Shown: positions 1 through 12,426 of the stretch, piece after piece
How positions within the stretch are numbered: the first letter of the stretch is position 1
Layout of the letters: each line of letters opens with the position of its first letter
The notes under the pieces: model-generated
Databases searched by the model: none
What the model saw: the letters and a program-made list of their open reading frames with translations, nothing else
Told to the model about the DNA's origin: nothing
Program-made: the position numbers and the translations under genes
Assembly: GCF_006345805.1 (NCBI RefSeq)
Contig: NC_043001.1
Span: 4,588,001-4,652,000, forward strand
Reading direction: 5' to 3'
Length of the DNA stretch: 64,000 bases
From: Octopus sinensis
Lineage: Eukaryota

Positions 1-18
1 CAATTTGCAGTACCTACT

Positions 19-385
<367 letters not shown>

Positions 386-504
386 AGATATAAAGTTAGA
401 CGGATAGATGTATCCGTAGGCACACCTGATGTATTACCTCAGTATGCATGGTCCTTGTTATAAGGTATACGGTAGTAGGTTATTTAAAGGCAAGACAGTG
501 TATT

Positions 505-660
505 AGTTTGGCACTGGGGAAAGTGAAAATGTCATGTCATTCACGTTTCGAGCCTACACTTTTCAAGAGAAAGGAATAGCAAAAAAATATACAGAGAGAT
601 AATGAAAAACAATAGTAGATTTCAACGGTCCACACGAGTGAGAGGACAATGGAAAGAATG
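505..660 (-). mobile_element. Degenerate copy of the hammerhead-bearing short element family
   Basis: cacgtttcgagcctacacttttcaagagaaagga (543-575) aligns by eye with 15312-15345 and 29091-29121. Confidence 0.45.
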
Positions 661-2855
661 AGGCACTCAACACAACATTTAAATCATACTAAACGTGTCT
701 GTATGTGCACACACACGCACACATTTATATATACACATGCATATATGCAGAAATACACATACATGCATATACAGAGAGAGAGAGAGAGAGTGAAGGAGAG
801 AGACAGACAGGCAGATACAGAGACTTCCTGTACGGATTACAGTTTGGATAGTGTATAAAACGAACTTATATATTAACTCTTCGTTTTCACTTGCCAATTA
901 ACTGAAATGGAATAAGTGAACCTTTCCTAAATCCAGTATTGCAAGCATTTTGATTGCAGTGGGTGTAATTGTTGAGGTAATTGAGAGCCAGCTTCCATTG
1001 TACAATACAATAAACATTATGCAGGGAATACATTTTATTATTGCAATGCAACCGAAATAGCGATAAACTTCAGAGAACTCTATATCTATTCACATATTAA
1101 TCATATCACAAATTTCCTCAACGCATACGCACGCGCACACACATAAACATATATATACATACATATAGATATATATGTGTGTGTGTGTGTGTGTGTACGG
1201 ACACAATAATCGTATACGCAAATAACTTTTACATTGAAGATAGCAAAAATGTCTTGCATATGTAATTATACCCATACCGTGCTATAGAAAGAAAAAAGAA
1301 AATATATGCAAATTCACACACACGCACACACGTACACGCACAGACACAGACACACACAGACCTACGTGTATTTATATAAGCCGATTGCAACAGATGCAGA
1401 CAATAGTTATACGCAGAAAATGAAACAAAGGATGCTTGTTATGAGAAAGAAGAATGTGTAATGAAACAAGCTGACATGTACGATCGAAAATAAATGAATA
1501 AATAGACAATGCGATCTTGAAATATTTTTTCTTCTTGCGAACATTGTTCTAAAATGATATAATCTGCATTAACTCTCTCTGTTCTTTGCGTAGTTTTTTT
1601 TTGCTTTACTTTCTTTCAGCTAACCTATTTCTCTCTATATATACACATATTGTTCTTTTAAATAATTATTCTTGGTACAAAAAATAGATGTGATGCTGAA
1701 AATGCTGGCCTGAAAAAAAGATTTTCTGTAGTAAGCGAAGAAGGAAAATTAAAGCACGAAGCCGAAATATCAGTTCTCCACCCAGAAACAAACAGTAAGA
1801 AAAAACAACAACAAAAGATGCTAAAAAATACATATCGCGAATATAAATATTCAAACTTGAACAAAGTTTAATAGAATTTGTTGTTGAGGAAGTAAAAAAT
1901 TCTGAGAGAAAATTACAAATTGGTATTATCATAGAGTTATTCTCAGTTTAAGTGTGTTCCGTGGAAGGACGTGGAGAGTTAATGACATTCGGCCATTATT
2001 TGTATTGTTCGGTTTCTATCATTACTAATGGAGATACATTATGCACAACAGTGAATTCGTTGGAGTATTGAATTCAAATTTAGTTTCAAGTTGTTTTCGT
2101 CTGCAACTTAATCTATTCTTTTATAACAAGGGATTTCTTACACGTGATTTTACTCATTATACGCAAGGTTTCATATTATTTTAACAAAACTCGGTATTAT
2201 TTTATAAGCATAATTATTATTTGATTTACGTAAAAATTTGACAGGGGGGTAAAATTGTTGTTGCAGCTGTGGGTTGTTTGGGCTAGGTTAAAATTAATAC
2301 TGATTTGTTTCTTGTTAACGAAGCAGAAACATATTCATATTACATGATGCTCATATTATCTTTGAATCGAAATGGTGACTTAGACAAGCTTTCCTTACCA
2401 TAAGGTAATCGAGTTTACGTCAAACGCATAGAGGGTGACCGTGCCTATAAGAATATTTATGATCTTGAAACAACGATGAACTTTTCATGATTAGATTAAT
2501 CTGGTAACTGTCGTATTCAAAAGACTCCATATGATCATACAGTACAAGTCTCTTTGACTGATACTTGATCTAGGATCAATTAACGTAACATCTATGGTTT
2601 ATGGTTTGCAATCCTTATAAGTAACGTACAGAAATGTTTTACTCTATATGTAGACTTAACTAAAATTTCTACATTTATAAATTCCCTGCTTACATCGCGT
2701 TACATTTTACATTTACTAGTAGCTTCAAGCGAGCAATCAGTTTAATATAATGACGTATAAAATGCGAGTTTAATTCCTTCTTTGTTATAATATCTCGCCG
2801 AATATATTTATCTAGCACATTATTAGTTAAATTCATAGAATCCAATTTATCCTAC

Positions 2856-3060
2856 TAAAGATTATTTGCCAACATAACATAGCAGTCCTGGTTTAGGACG
2901 AATATTGCTGTAATTTAGCCCCAGGAGATTCCCTTGTTCGAAAATATTAGGACATAGATCGTGTCGTATAGCCAACTAGAGACGATGTTTCCTGCGGCTA
3001 AATTTCAGTAACATTCATCCTAAACCAGGACTGCCATGTTATGTTGGCAAACAATCTTTA
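2856..3060. mobile_element. MITE with ~70-bp terminal inverted repeats
   Basis: taaagattatttgccaacataacatagcagtcctggtttagga... at 2856 and its reverse complement ending ...gttggcaaacaatcttta at 3060. The terminal TA could be a TA target duplication. Confidence 0.85.
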
Positions 3061-3219
3061 CTCCAAAGTGCTGTTGTTGAATATCTCTCGTTCTGAGATT
3101 TACAAATAGTAATTTTCCAATTTATCTTACTATGGATTATAGCTCGAATAATAATAGTTAATGAGCACTCAGATCTTTCACTATGTACTTACACCGTTGA
3201 CAATATCAATATTCTGAAT

Positions 3220-3430
3220 AAGGTGGCGAACTGGCAGAATCGTTAGCACGTCGGGCAAAGTACTTAGCGGTATTTCGTCTGTTTTTACGTTCTGAGTTCA
3301 AATTCTGCTGAGGTCGACTTTGCTTTTTATCTTTTCGGGGTTGATAAAGTAAGTCATACTGGAGTCAAACCAATCGACTGCCTCCTCCCCCAAAATTTCT
3401 CGCCTTGAGGCTAGAGTAGAAAAGAATATT
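3220..3430 (+). mobile_element. tRNA-derived SINE (family A)
   Basis: Head aaggtggcgaactggcagaa and B-box-like gagttcaaattc. TSD aatattctgaata at 3208-3220 and 3431-3443. Confidence 0.85.
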
Positions 3431-4836
3431 AATATTCTGAATATTGAAGGACTTGCAGGGATTAATAGCGCTTTCGATGAATTACAAATCTCTGTATAGC
3501 GTTATATGGTTCAGCAAACGTCTTTGTAATCCATTCCTTTCATCGACATATTTAACTAATATTTCTCTTTCCTATGTTTGTTAAAGCTCGTGGTGTCTAT
3601 CTGATATTGTTATATATCTAATAGATAAAACTGGCTTCAACAACACAAACTGCTTCATGTATAACCTTAGCAAAGCAAACTCTGTGGCAAATATTTGGAT
3701 TGAGTGTCTTATGTGAGGATCACTTTCCTTTTTCTTCCAACGGACGAAGATATGCTGAAAACCGCTGTAACTTTTTGCCGTTCCTCATTATGGAATAACT
3801 ATTTGTGTTGAGTGAGAGAAAAAGAGTTGTACCTCTCTTGTACTCCTGTACCTCATCCAAGATTTCTAATACTGATGCTGTTAACTAATGACCCGGTTAT
3901 AAGTAGTTGTGCGTGTTTAGGAGGAAATGAGACAGGATGGATTTCTAGAATCTCATAGTTAATGGGGAGGAATTTAGAGTAAATAGTTAATGTGCAGTTA
4001 TGAAGGCGCTGCTCGTTCTACGAATTTAGCTACATTAAAGAAATAGACACCAGGATACTGACAGTAAAAGACAATAAAAATAGAGTTGGAAAATTTATGA
4101 AAATGAAAAACATAAATTTTGTGAAGAGCGTGAGTGCACTGTTAAATAGAAGGGCATGTTACTGATCGATTAATCAATCGAGTGACTGTATTGTCAATTT
4201 ATTCCATGTTAATTTTGAATGAAAATATTCTAGTCGACAGTATTTGATCCAGTCTTCTTTGCATGTCTAGAAATATATAAATGAATGGAAATCTTGACGA
4301 AATCCCATGCTACTGGAAGATCCAAGACAGCTCTCCTGATGGGATGATGTGACCTGAGAGCTATTTTGGAAGTATGATGAGTTTGGTGTGTGTTCGTGAA
4401 CTTCAAGATCAAAACGAAAATGTGAGACATATTTACATAATGACGGTTGTGTAGACGTAACCACCAACATACTTCCATTCGAACCAGGAGTCAACATCAA
4501 AGAATTGAAGATGACATAATGGACTCCATACAGTAGTTGCTGAACACTAACAGGTAAAAGTAAAACCAAAATTGGGTCTAAGGTTCTACTATGGAATCTC
4601 TTTTCGAGAAAGTAAAACGGACCAGTGACTTAGACATCCAGTAACTTGCCAGTGTTGGATGTGTTTTTGTGACTTGCATCCCTTGAGAAATACCACAATC
4701 AAAGTATTCAGGTTTGCATGAAATGGAAGGATCTCCAGCTGACAATAAATAATTATTTTTTAGTAAGGAACATGCTAGAAATTTCAAGGAATGGGAAGTG
4801 GTCATTTACCTTTTCTTTCAATATTCTGTACGTTCT

Positions 4837-5233
4837 AAGGCGGCGAGCTGGCAGAAACGTTAGCACGCCGGGCGAAATTAATACGGTATTTCGTCTGCCT
4901 TTACATTCTGAGTTGAAATTCCGACGAGGTCGACTTTGTCTTTCATCCTTTCTGGGTCGATAAATCAAGTACCAGTTACGCACTGGGGTCGATGTAGTCG
5001 ACTTAATCCGTTTGTCTGTCCTTGTTTGTCCCCTCTGTGTTTAGCCCCTTGTGGGTAGTAAAGAAATAGGTATTTCGTCTGTGTTTACATTTTGAGTTCA
5101 AATTCCGCTGAGGTCGACTTTGCCTTTTATCCTCTTGGGGTCGACAAATTAAATACCAGTTGCGTACCGGGGTCGATCTAATCGAGTAGCCCTCTCCCCC
5201 AAGATTTCGGGCCTTGTGCCTGGAGTAGAAAAT
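4837..5233 (+). mobile_element. Composite (dimeric) family A SINE
   Basis: Full monomer 4837-5072 plus a 5'-truncated monomer 5069-5233. One 17-bp TSD, aatattctgtacgttct, at 4820-4836 and 5234-5250. Confidence 0.9.
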
Positions 5234-8099
5234 AATATTCTGTACGTTCTTTATAGAAGGCTCTCCTTTTTGGTATTTGATCTCACAATTTACAGTGCCG
5301 TAATTAAATAGCATCGTTCTATATTGTACTTTGCATTTTGTTATAGTCGACGAGAAAATCAAGTTTCGGTGTGAATATTGATTCGCAGGCCCTTTCGGCA
5401 GAAGAACTGTGAGTGGAAAAATTTGGCAAACATGCCTAGAATTCTTTGTGTATTAAAGTATTAAAATGCGCCGCTTTAATCTACGAGGCGAGTGAGGTCA
5501 CAGCTGGTATGATGTGCAAACACGTATTTACCCTCTTTTGTAGGTGATAAACATTCGGGAAATAGTAAAATATATATGAGAGTTTTAGATTTTAATTTGC
5601 TTAAAGATTATATGTTTCACATCGGCTCAGCTTTACTACATAGCCTTCGTCTGCTACGTGCCGGCAGATATACTTTACTGTTATACTCAAGAGTTCATAC
5701 TATTGCATGGCGTCAGCTTTTGAATGTGTTGAAATAACCAATTAAAACAGATTCCATAGCCGTAAAGTGGAATGGTAATGACTAGATCTCAGAAGGAAAT
5801 TATAATAACATTGACCAAGTTTCTAAATGAAATTAATAACAACTTTCTTTAATAATTTAAAATCCTATTTAGAATTCCTTAAAGAACCTATTCAGTCTAT
5901 GAACTGTTGAGATAATAGAAGAGGATTTTACATTTATATAACATCCAAGCAAATACATCACTGATTTGTATGAATCATTTCGGAATAACTTTACTATAAC
6001 ATAATTGCATCGGTCATTCAAATAGCCAATGTTATGCCAATAAGTATTTGAGGAACATAAGACTGTCTTATCTCAGAAAAGTTCAAATCGAAATTTCATT
6101 TGAGATAAATAATGTAAAGATCACTCGGAAGAATTGAAGATAATAATACAAGTCTCAACAAATTAATTAGAAAAGAGGTATTTGGAATATATTCTACCAT
6201 GATTTCGTATAGGTAAATAAAAATAATTGTTACTCACTGGATTTCAGAATTCACTTGACCTACCGGGATGAATTAAATCGGGGATTACAGCCAGATCATC
6301 TTGTCTTGGATAACAAATAATGATCTGACAAAGAACACCAAATACATATCCTGAAGCATAATCCTTTACGAGATTCACATCTTTTTGAGGAAAGTTTACT
6401 GTTCAAAACATTCCAGTGTTATACAGCTTTGTCAAATATTGGTCCAATTCAAGGACGTATTTTTTCTGATTTATGATATTTTCTGTTCATGTCGATGAAT
6501 TATTTTATGTTAACAATTATCAGGAAAGACCTGATCACGTGGCATCGCTTTAAACGTTCTTTCTACACATAACACAGCATGCAGGGAAACGGTTTCGACT
6601 ATTATTAATTGCAAAGAACCATATACCCATTTATATTAACTGCTGTCAATATTTATATAATAGAATTATATTGAAAACATGGCGCTAGAACATAGTTGGG
6701 TGTAATTTTATTAAAGGAAAATGATGAGAATAATTCTGAATTTGCGATATATAGATACAACTAACATTTTATCATTTAGAATTAGGTGTTAGTTACCTCC
6801 TCACTCTGTACACCTTTCCTGGTTACAATTGTCGTGTACGAATGTCATTCTGTCCTCCGGGCTTTTTGCTAATTCTACTCAAGTAAATATGAAGTAAAAA
6901 TATATAACGGTTTTGTTTCACAGCGATGTTCTTTCGCTATACACGTAATATATGAACGATATTGTTATCTCCTCGGTAAGTAAAGTAAGTTGCAATAAAA
7001 CTGATTTTATTAAAATATTTTTCTATAAAAAATGCAAACTTTTAATAATATTTTGTAAATAAATGGTTATAATTTTTTTCTGTTATTGAAATGTTTCATA
7101 ACATTTCCCAAAAACGTGATCATACTACCGATACAGACCAGAGGATTTTTGGTAATACATATACATTTCTGATGTAAAAGAGCGTTACTAAGATGAGGTT
7201 TATCGAACACAGCTGATTGGATATCCAAATCCACCTAATGTAAAAGCACATTATATCTATGGTATTTTTTTTTCGATATTACATCGTGTGTGGGGCAATG
7301 GATTCAAATTATTAAGTTAGTTACACGGTGTTGATCACATTCGCAGCACCTTGCTTGGATTTGTAGCCATGTTAGACAACCTAGTCATATAGTCATAAAA
7401 AATATGACCAGCTTTGTAAAACAACAGAACACCAACATAATCATTCATTGACCAATCAGAATTTTCCGTCGTGTAGTATTTAACGACGTGAAACATCAAA
7501 TGCAGGTTATGTAAATTTCACACCAATTTTCAATTCGAAGATTTCGAAATTTTTTGCCCAGCGTTATACAAACTGTCAAACTGGACTCCTTAATAGAAGC
7601 AAATAAGAATTAATACGTAACTTTATCATTTTACACAACGTCATTTCTTGCCTAAACTTTCCACTCCTTGTTCAAAGATCGAAGATTATATCGCCAGTAA
7701 AGATTAATTTATCATTCTGTTTTGATTCTGACATCGACATGCCTAACTCATTGTCCACTCTATTTTCTTTTATTTCTTTTATAATATAGAACACATGTAG
7801 CGTAACAAATTTAACGAGATCATTCTCTATCGTTTCCTTGTTATACATTTACATTCAGAAACACAGAAATATTCATTGAGTATTATATAAATATTCATAT
7901 GTGTTTATATGTATGATATAAGCAATCGAATATAATTCATATATGGAAATGCATATTAATTCCGAAGTTCCTTCAAGTAAAACAACACAGAGATTTGTGA
8001 TTGCTCCTTGGCCAAGTAATAGTATTAAACTTTCAGTTTTGCAATATATTAAACATCCCACTCACTTACGCACGCACACACACGCACACACAAATACAC

Positions 8100-8165
<66 letters not shown>

Positions 8166-8170
<5 letters not shown>

Positions 8171-8512
8171 GGAAAAGAAATGCCTTCGTTTCACATAGTT
8201 TAATATCATTGTATAAAGAAATATTTTTAATATATATATATACATATTATGGATGTAGTGATACCCAACCGGTTTTCGCTGTTTAAATTAGCTTTTCAAG
8301 GGATTTTGTGAAGTAATCAAATCTTCTCTCAAAGGGGTCTCGTCATTCTGGATGCTTGAAAAATATGAATGAATCTAGAGAGTGAACGAAGGGAAGTAAC
8401 ATGGGGCAGGGAGGACGACTAACTCCTCAGTATAATTTTTGAAGTGGTCAAGTTTGTATATTAAGTTGTGGTCCGTACTTTTGTATTAACGCACACACAC
8501 GCACACACACAC

Positions 8513-8577
<65 letters not shown>

Positions 8578-8897
8578 GGAAAAGAAATGCCTTCGTTTCA
8601 CATAGTTTAATATCATTGTATAAAGAAATATTTTTAATATATATATATACATATTATGGATGTAGTGATACCCAACCGGTTTTCGCTGTTTAAATTAGCT
8701 TTTCAAGGGATTTTGTGAAGTAATCAAATCTTCTCTCAAAGGGGTCTCGTCATTCTGGATGCTTGAAAAATATGAATGAATCTAGAGAGTGAACGAAGGG
8801 AAGTAACATGGGGCAGGGAGGACGACTAACTCCTCAGTATAATTTTTGAAGTGGTCAAGTTTGTATATTAAGTTGTGGTCCGTACTTTTGTATTAAC
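8166..8897. repeat. Direct duplication of a 325-bp segment (period 407 bp) bounded by (CA)n(TA)n
   Basis: 8166-8490 appears identical to 8573-8897. Confidence 0.9.
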
Positions 8898-9185
8898 ACA
8901 CACACACACGCACACACACACACACATACATGCATATATATGTGTGTGTGTGTGTGTGTATGTATGTATACAAGAGTTACGGAATGGACTAGGAAAAATC
9001 CGGGTCATATATGTTTCATAACGAGTGGAACCTCAGAAGTGGTAAAATTAATGTCAAGAAAATTCTTATTTCACAAATATTACTTTTTACACTACAAAAT
9101 ATACAGAAACGGTTTAGGTTAATGTAAAATTGTGTTTATTATAAGAGCATGTGACAGCAAACATGGTTATGTATGTATATATATA

Positions 9186-9248
<63 letters not shown>

Positions 9249-9344
9249 GGAGTAAACACATAAATGTGAAACAAGGTGGAAAAAAGAGTACTCAAATACC
9301 AGTGGTAGAGTAATATGCTTTATTTTAAGCAGCAGAAAATTAAA

Positions 9345-9394
9345 CAAAATGTGTTACTCTGAGTTTCTCGTTGCCGTTCATCAGACAGTTTTTG
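9345..9394 (-). ncRNA. Type I hammerhead ribozyme motif (mirror copy)
   Basis: Exact reverse complement of 9399-9448. Confidence 0.7.
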
Positions 9395-9398
9395 CTAG

Positions 9399-9448
9399 CA
9401 AAAACTGTCTGATGAACGGCAACGAGAAACTCAGAGTAACACATTTTG
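9399..9448 (+). ncRNA. Type I hammerhead ribozyme motif
   Basis: CTGATGA 9409-9415, GAAA 9426-9429, stem III ACT-cag-AGT, GUA site 9436-9438. Stem I is ACA/TGT, a 2x2 loop, then TTTTG/CAAAA. Stem II is CG-GCAA-CG but its first pair is A.A. Confidence 0.7.
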
Positions 9449-9474
9449 TTGAATTTTCTGCTGCTTAAAATAAA

Positions 9475-9504
<30 letters not shown>

Positions 9505-9508
<4 letters not shown>

Positions 9509-9650
9509 AAGACAAAGGCAGGTGTATGAACAACATGCAAGTGTATTGGTATGATATTCTGGGAAAGGAAAAGTCTCTTATTTTACCCGTCTATGCTTTT
9601 AATCAGAAAGGAAAGTGAGAAAAATACTAGAGAGGGAAGAAAAATCTTGT
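9505..9650 (-). mobile_element. Highly degenerate copy of the short PLE-like family
   Basis: Layout aaacaagacaaaggcaggtg...gtgtattggtatga...gaaaagtctc...cagaaaggaa parallels 15240-15350. Confidence 0.4.
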
Positions 9651-9675
9651 AGAATTCAGCGGTCAGTCATATATA

Positions 9676-9706
9676 CAGCCGTGGCTATTACATTTGGCCA
9701 AGGCTG
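9676..9706. mobile_element. 31-bp miniature TIR element flanked by TA
   Basis: TA-cagccgtggcta...tggccaaggctg-TA; 12-bp inverted ends with 2 mismatches. Confidence 0.4.
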
Positions 9707-9799
9707 TATATATGATCGTATATTATGGTATATTTCATAATATACCATAATTTGTTGTCGATCTTCATTTATCATTAATTACTGCTTTTATACGGTTAG

Positions 9800-10760
9800 G
9801 AAGTCAATCAACTAGATATTTACAGGTGCTAGACACAATTTTACTCCATTCTTCCCTCAGCTTTTGGCACAAAACCTCTTTATTTCAAATAGTTATCTTC
9901 CAGATAGCTTCACCAAGAGATCCTTATAGACGTTCGATTGGATTTTAATCGGGACTTTGAGCTGGACAGTCCATGGAAACAATACTCTGTCTCTCAAAAC
10001 ATTGATGAATATTCTTTGCTGTATGACATGATGCGTTGTCCGGTGGAAACATAACAGTTTTCCGACACACCTGGAGGCAATTTATCAACTGATGGCTCTA
10101 AAACATCCGATAACATAGAAACATAGGTAGTGGAATTTGTCCTTCCCTGACATAAGAACATTTATCCGGGTCCTATGGCACACGTGCAGGCTCACACCAT
10201 GATAGAACCATCCCCATGTTTTACGGTTGGTACCAGACATTCCGCTTCAAATGCTTCCCAACTCTGCGATGCACGAACGTTGACCAGATGTACCGAAAAC
10301 CTGAATAAAAACATGAAGAATATTAACTTTATGTTGGATACTTCTTCATATATTTTGGGCAGCAAACCTGTTACATTAAGTTTATATGTTGATTGAATAC
10401 ATGTACTATCTTACATCGTAGTTTCTTTCATTAGACCATATGACTTTCGACCATTGCTCACTGGTCGTATTTGAATGGGTTTTGGACCATCGAAAACATT
10501 TTTCCATATTCGCTTAAGAAACCCATGGCTTCTTTCTAGCTTTACAGCCTTTCAGACTGTACCGTAGAAGCCTTCTAACAGATCCGGTTGATATTTGTAC
10601 TTGCCTCTTTGAAGTCTGCACAGAACTCCGACGATGATCTCCTCCTGTTTCTCAGCGACTGACAGATGAGGGATCTGTCATCATGAAGTAATGCAACCTT
10701 TTTTCTACCTATTATTTGTATTGTTTTCACATGTTTTCTTCTCTCTGAGCGCTTGAGGGT
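9800..10760 (-). pseudogene. Tc1-family transposase remnant
   Basis: Minus-strand fragments GRKKVALLHDDRSLICQSLRNRRRSSSE, TVKHGDGSIMV (10195-10227) and FPPDNASCHTAK (10015-10050), with a degenerate WPAQSPDLNPIE region. Many stops and frameshifts. Confidence 0.8.
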
Positions 10761-11486
10761 CGTTTGCACTGCACATCGAGAACATTTCCTCTTCTGAGCA
10801 ATTTGCCATTGAGAATAATTTTACTTTAGTAAATAAGGATCGGAAATCTGGAATAAAAACAGGGAAAAAAGAAATGCTAGGAAAACGAAATATTAACTTA
10901 TCTGTATATTTTCCTAACATTTCTTTTTTTCCTACATTTATTCCACATTTCCTTTCCTTATTTACTAAAGTAAAATTATTCTGACAACTTCTAGTTATAT
11001 AGTTTTCGTTCGTCATGTCTTTATATAGAATGTAAATAGCAAAAGAGGTTCATATCATCTAGACCTGAAGATTGGCAATATAATCGTTTTAATATGGTAT
11101 TGTATTTCAAGACTTTCTATTTCAGCAATATTGAAGAATGTATTATCATGAAACGCGCGTAGCTTATATAATGTAATGTATATGATTTAGAATAAGAATT
11201 GTAGATATTAATTTTAATAATTTTGAACATTTACTCCTATATGTGTCTATCGTAGATATTGTAGTTCAATGATGATTGAGTTGCTTGAGGGAGATTCTGT
11301 CTCTTAAACCTATATATATATGTGTGTGTGTATGTATGTATATATATATGTATATAATACAGTGAGTAATTCACTTGAGTACCACTAAACTGAAATTCTC
11401 TCCCCTGTAGACCTCGGAATTAACTTCCCTAATATTAATATTAATTATATATATAATTATTGTATGCATGGAAATGTATATATATT

Positions 11487-12048
11487 CACAAACATGCAGG
11501 AAGTAAAAAGACACATTTAATTTTCAAAATCTTTTATTTGATATAAACTGGTTGAAGGAGAGTTTTTCTTCTAAGAGTCCGTCCATAATACCCTAACTAA
11601 TGGAAATTTGTAACACACGTTCTTTGACTAAATTCTAACTGTTTTGCAATGTCAGAAGCCTTCGAATGGGGTTCGTTTGCCACAATTCTCTTCAAACAGT
11701 GAAGCTTCCATTCCGCAGGTCGGCCAGGACGAGAATCTGTTGATCGTTTCCCTTCGCTTTTGAATTGCACTATCATTCTATTAACAGTAGCAAGAGAAAT
11801 TTGAAGATTTTCAGGAATTTTTCGCTGGCTAAGACAAGTCTCAGATTGTGCTACAATAAAACCTATTTGTAAATGTGACAGTTCTACTGAATTTTCTGTG
11901 CGTGGCACGGTTACTCTTCGCAGATACTTAATATACTGGCACCTGGAATGAAAAAGAATACTTACATTGTAAATTCTACAGCGCTAAAAACATATTAAGA
12001 TCAGATATTTTGAAAATTAAAGTTATCTATTTACTTCTTGCACGTCTG
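11487..12048 (-). mobile_element. Internally deleted Tc1-like element retaining the N-terminal HTH region
   Basis: ~45-bp imperfect TIRs (cacaaacatgcaggaagtaaa...ttttcaaaat; ...ttacttcttgcacgtctg-TA). ORF 11597-11908 has SQRKIPENLQISLATVNRMI...RPGRP, a Tc1 paired-like HTH. Confidence 0.75.
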
Positions 12049-12066
12049 TATGTATATATATATATA

Positions 12067-12306
12067 TATAAAATATTATTCGAGACAAAACCACTACTTT
12101 GCAAAACAAACAAGGAAAGACTTAATCAATACATAAATTTTATTTATTAAAATTTATGTATTGATTAAGTCTTTCCTTGTTTGTTTTGCAAAGTAGTGGT
12201 TTTGTCTCGAATAATATTTTATAATATTTTACTATAAAATCGATTTAATCCTAAATCTGATTTTTTCCCTGTAAATTTGGATTTATTCCCTAATATTTAT
12301 TATTAT
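12067..12306. mobile_element. TA-embedded element with a perfect 76-bp-arm foldback
   Basis: 12067-12142 is the exact reverse complement of 12148-12223 with a 5-nt loop. The tail cctgtaaatttggatttattccctaatattt is shared with 38221-38266. Confidence 0.85.
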
Positions 12307-12314
12307 ATATATAT

Positions 12315-12422
<108 letters not shown>

Positions 12423-12426
12423 ATGA

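Larger units (their letters stand above)
9246..9475. mobile_element. TA-embedded PLE-like element with a 158-bp foldback palindrome
   Basis: Arms 9318-9396 and 9397-9475 are reverse complements (79 bp, one mismatch, no spacer). TA runs on both sides. Confidence 0.85.

Noticed and set aside
1688-1794. Candidate plus-strand exon CDAENAGLKKRFSVVSEEGKLKHEAEISVLHPETN
   Set aside because: Acceptor lacks a polypyrimidine tract, no recognisable homology and no compatible neighbouring exon.
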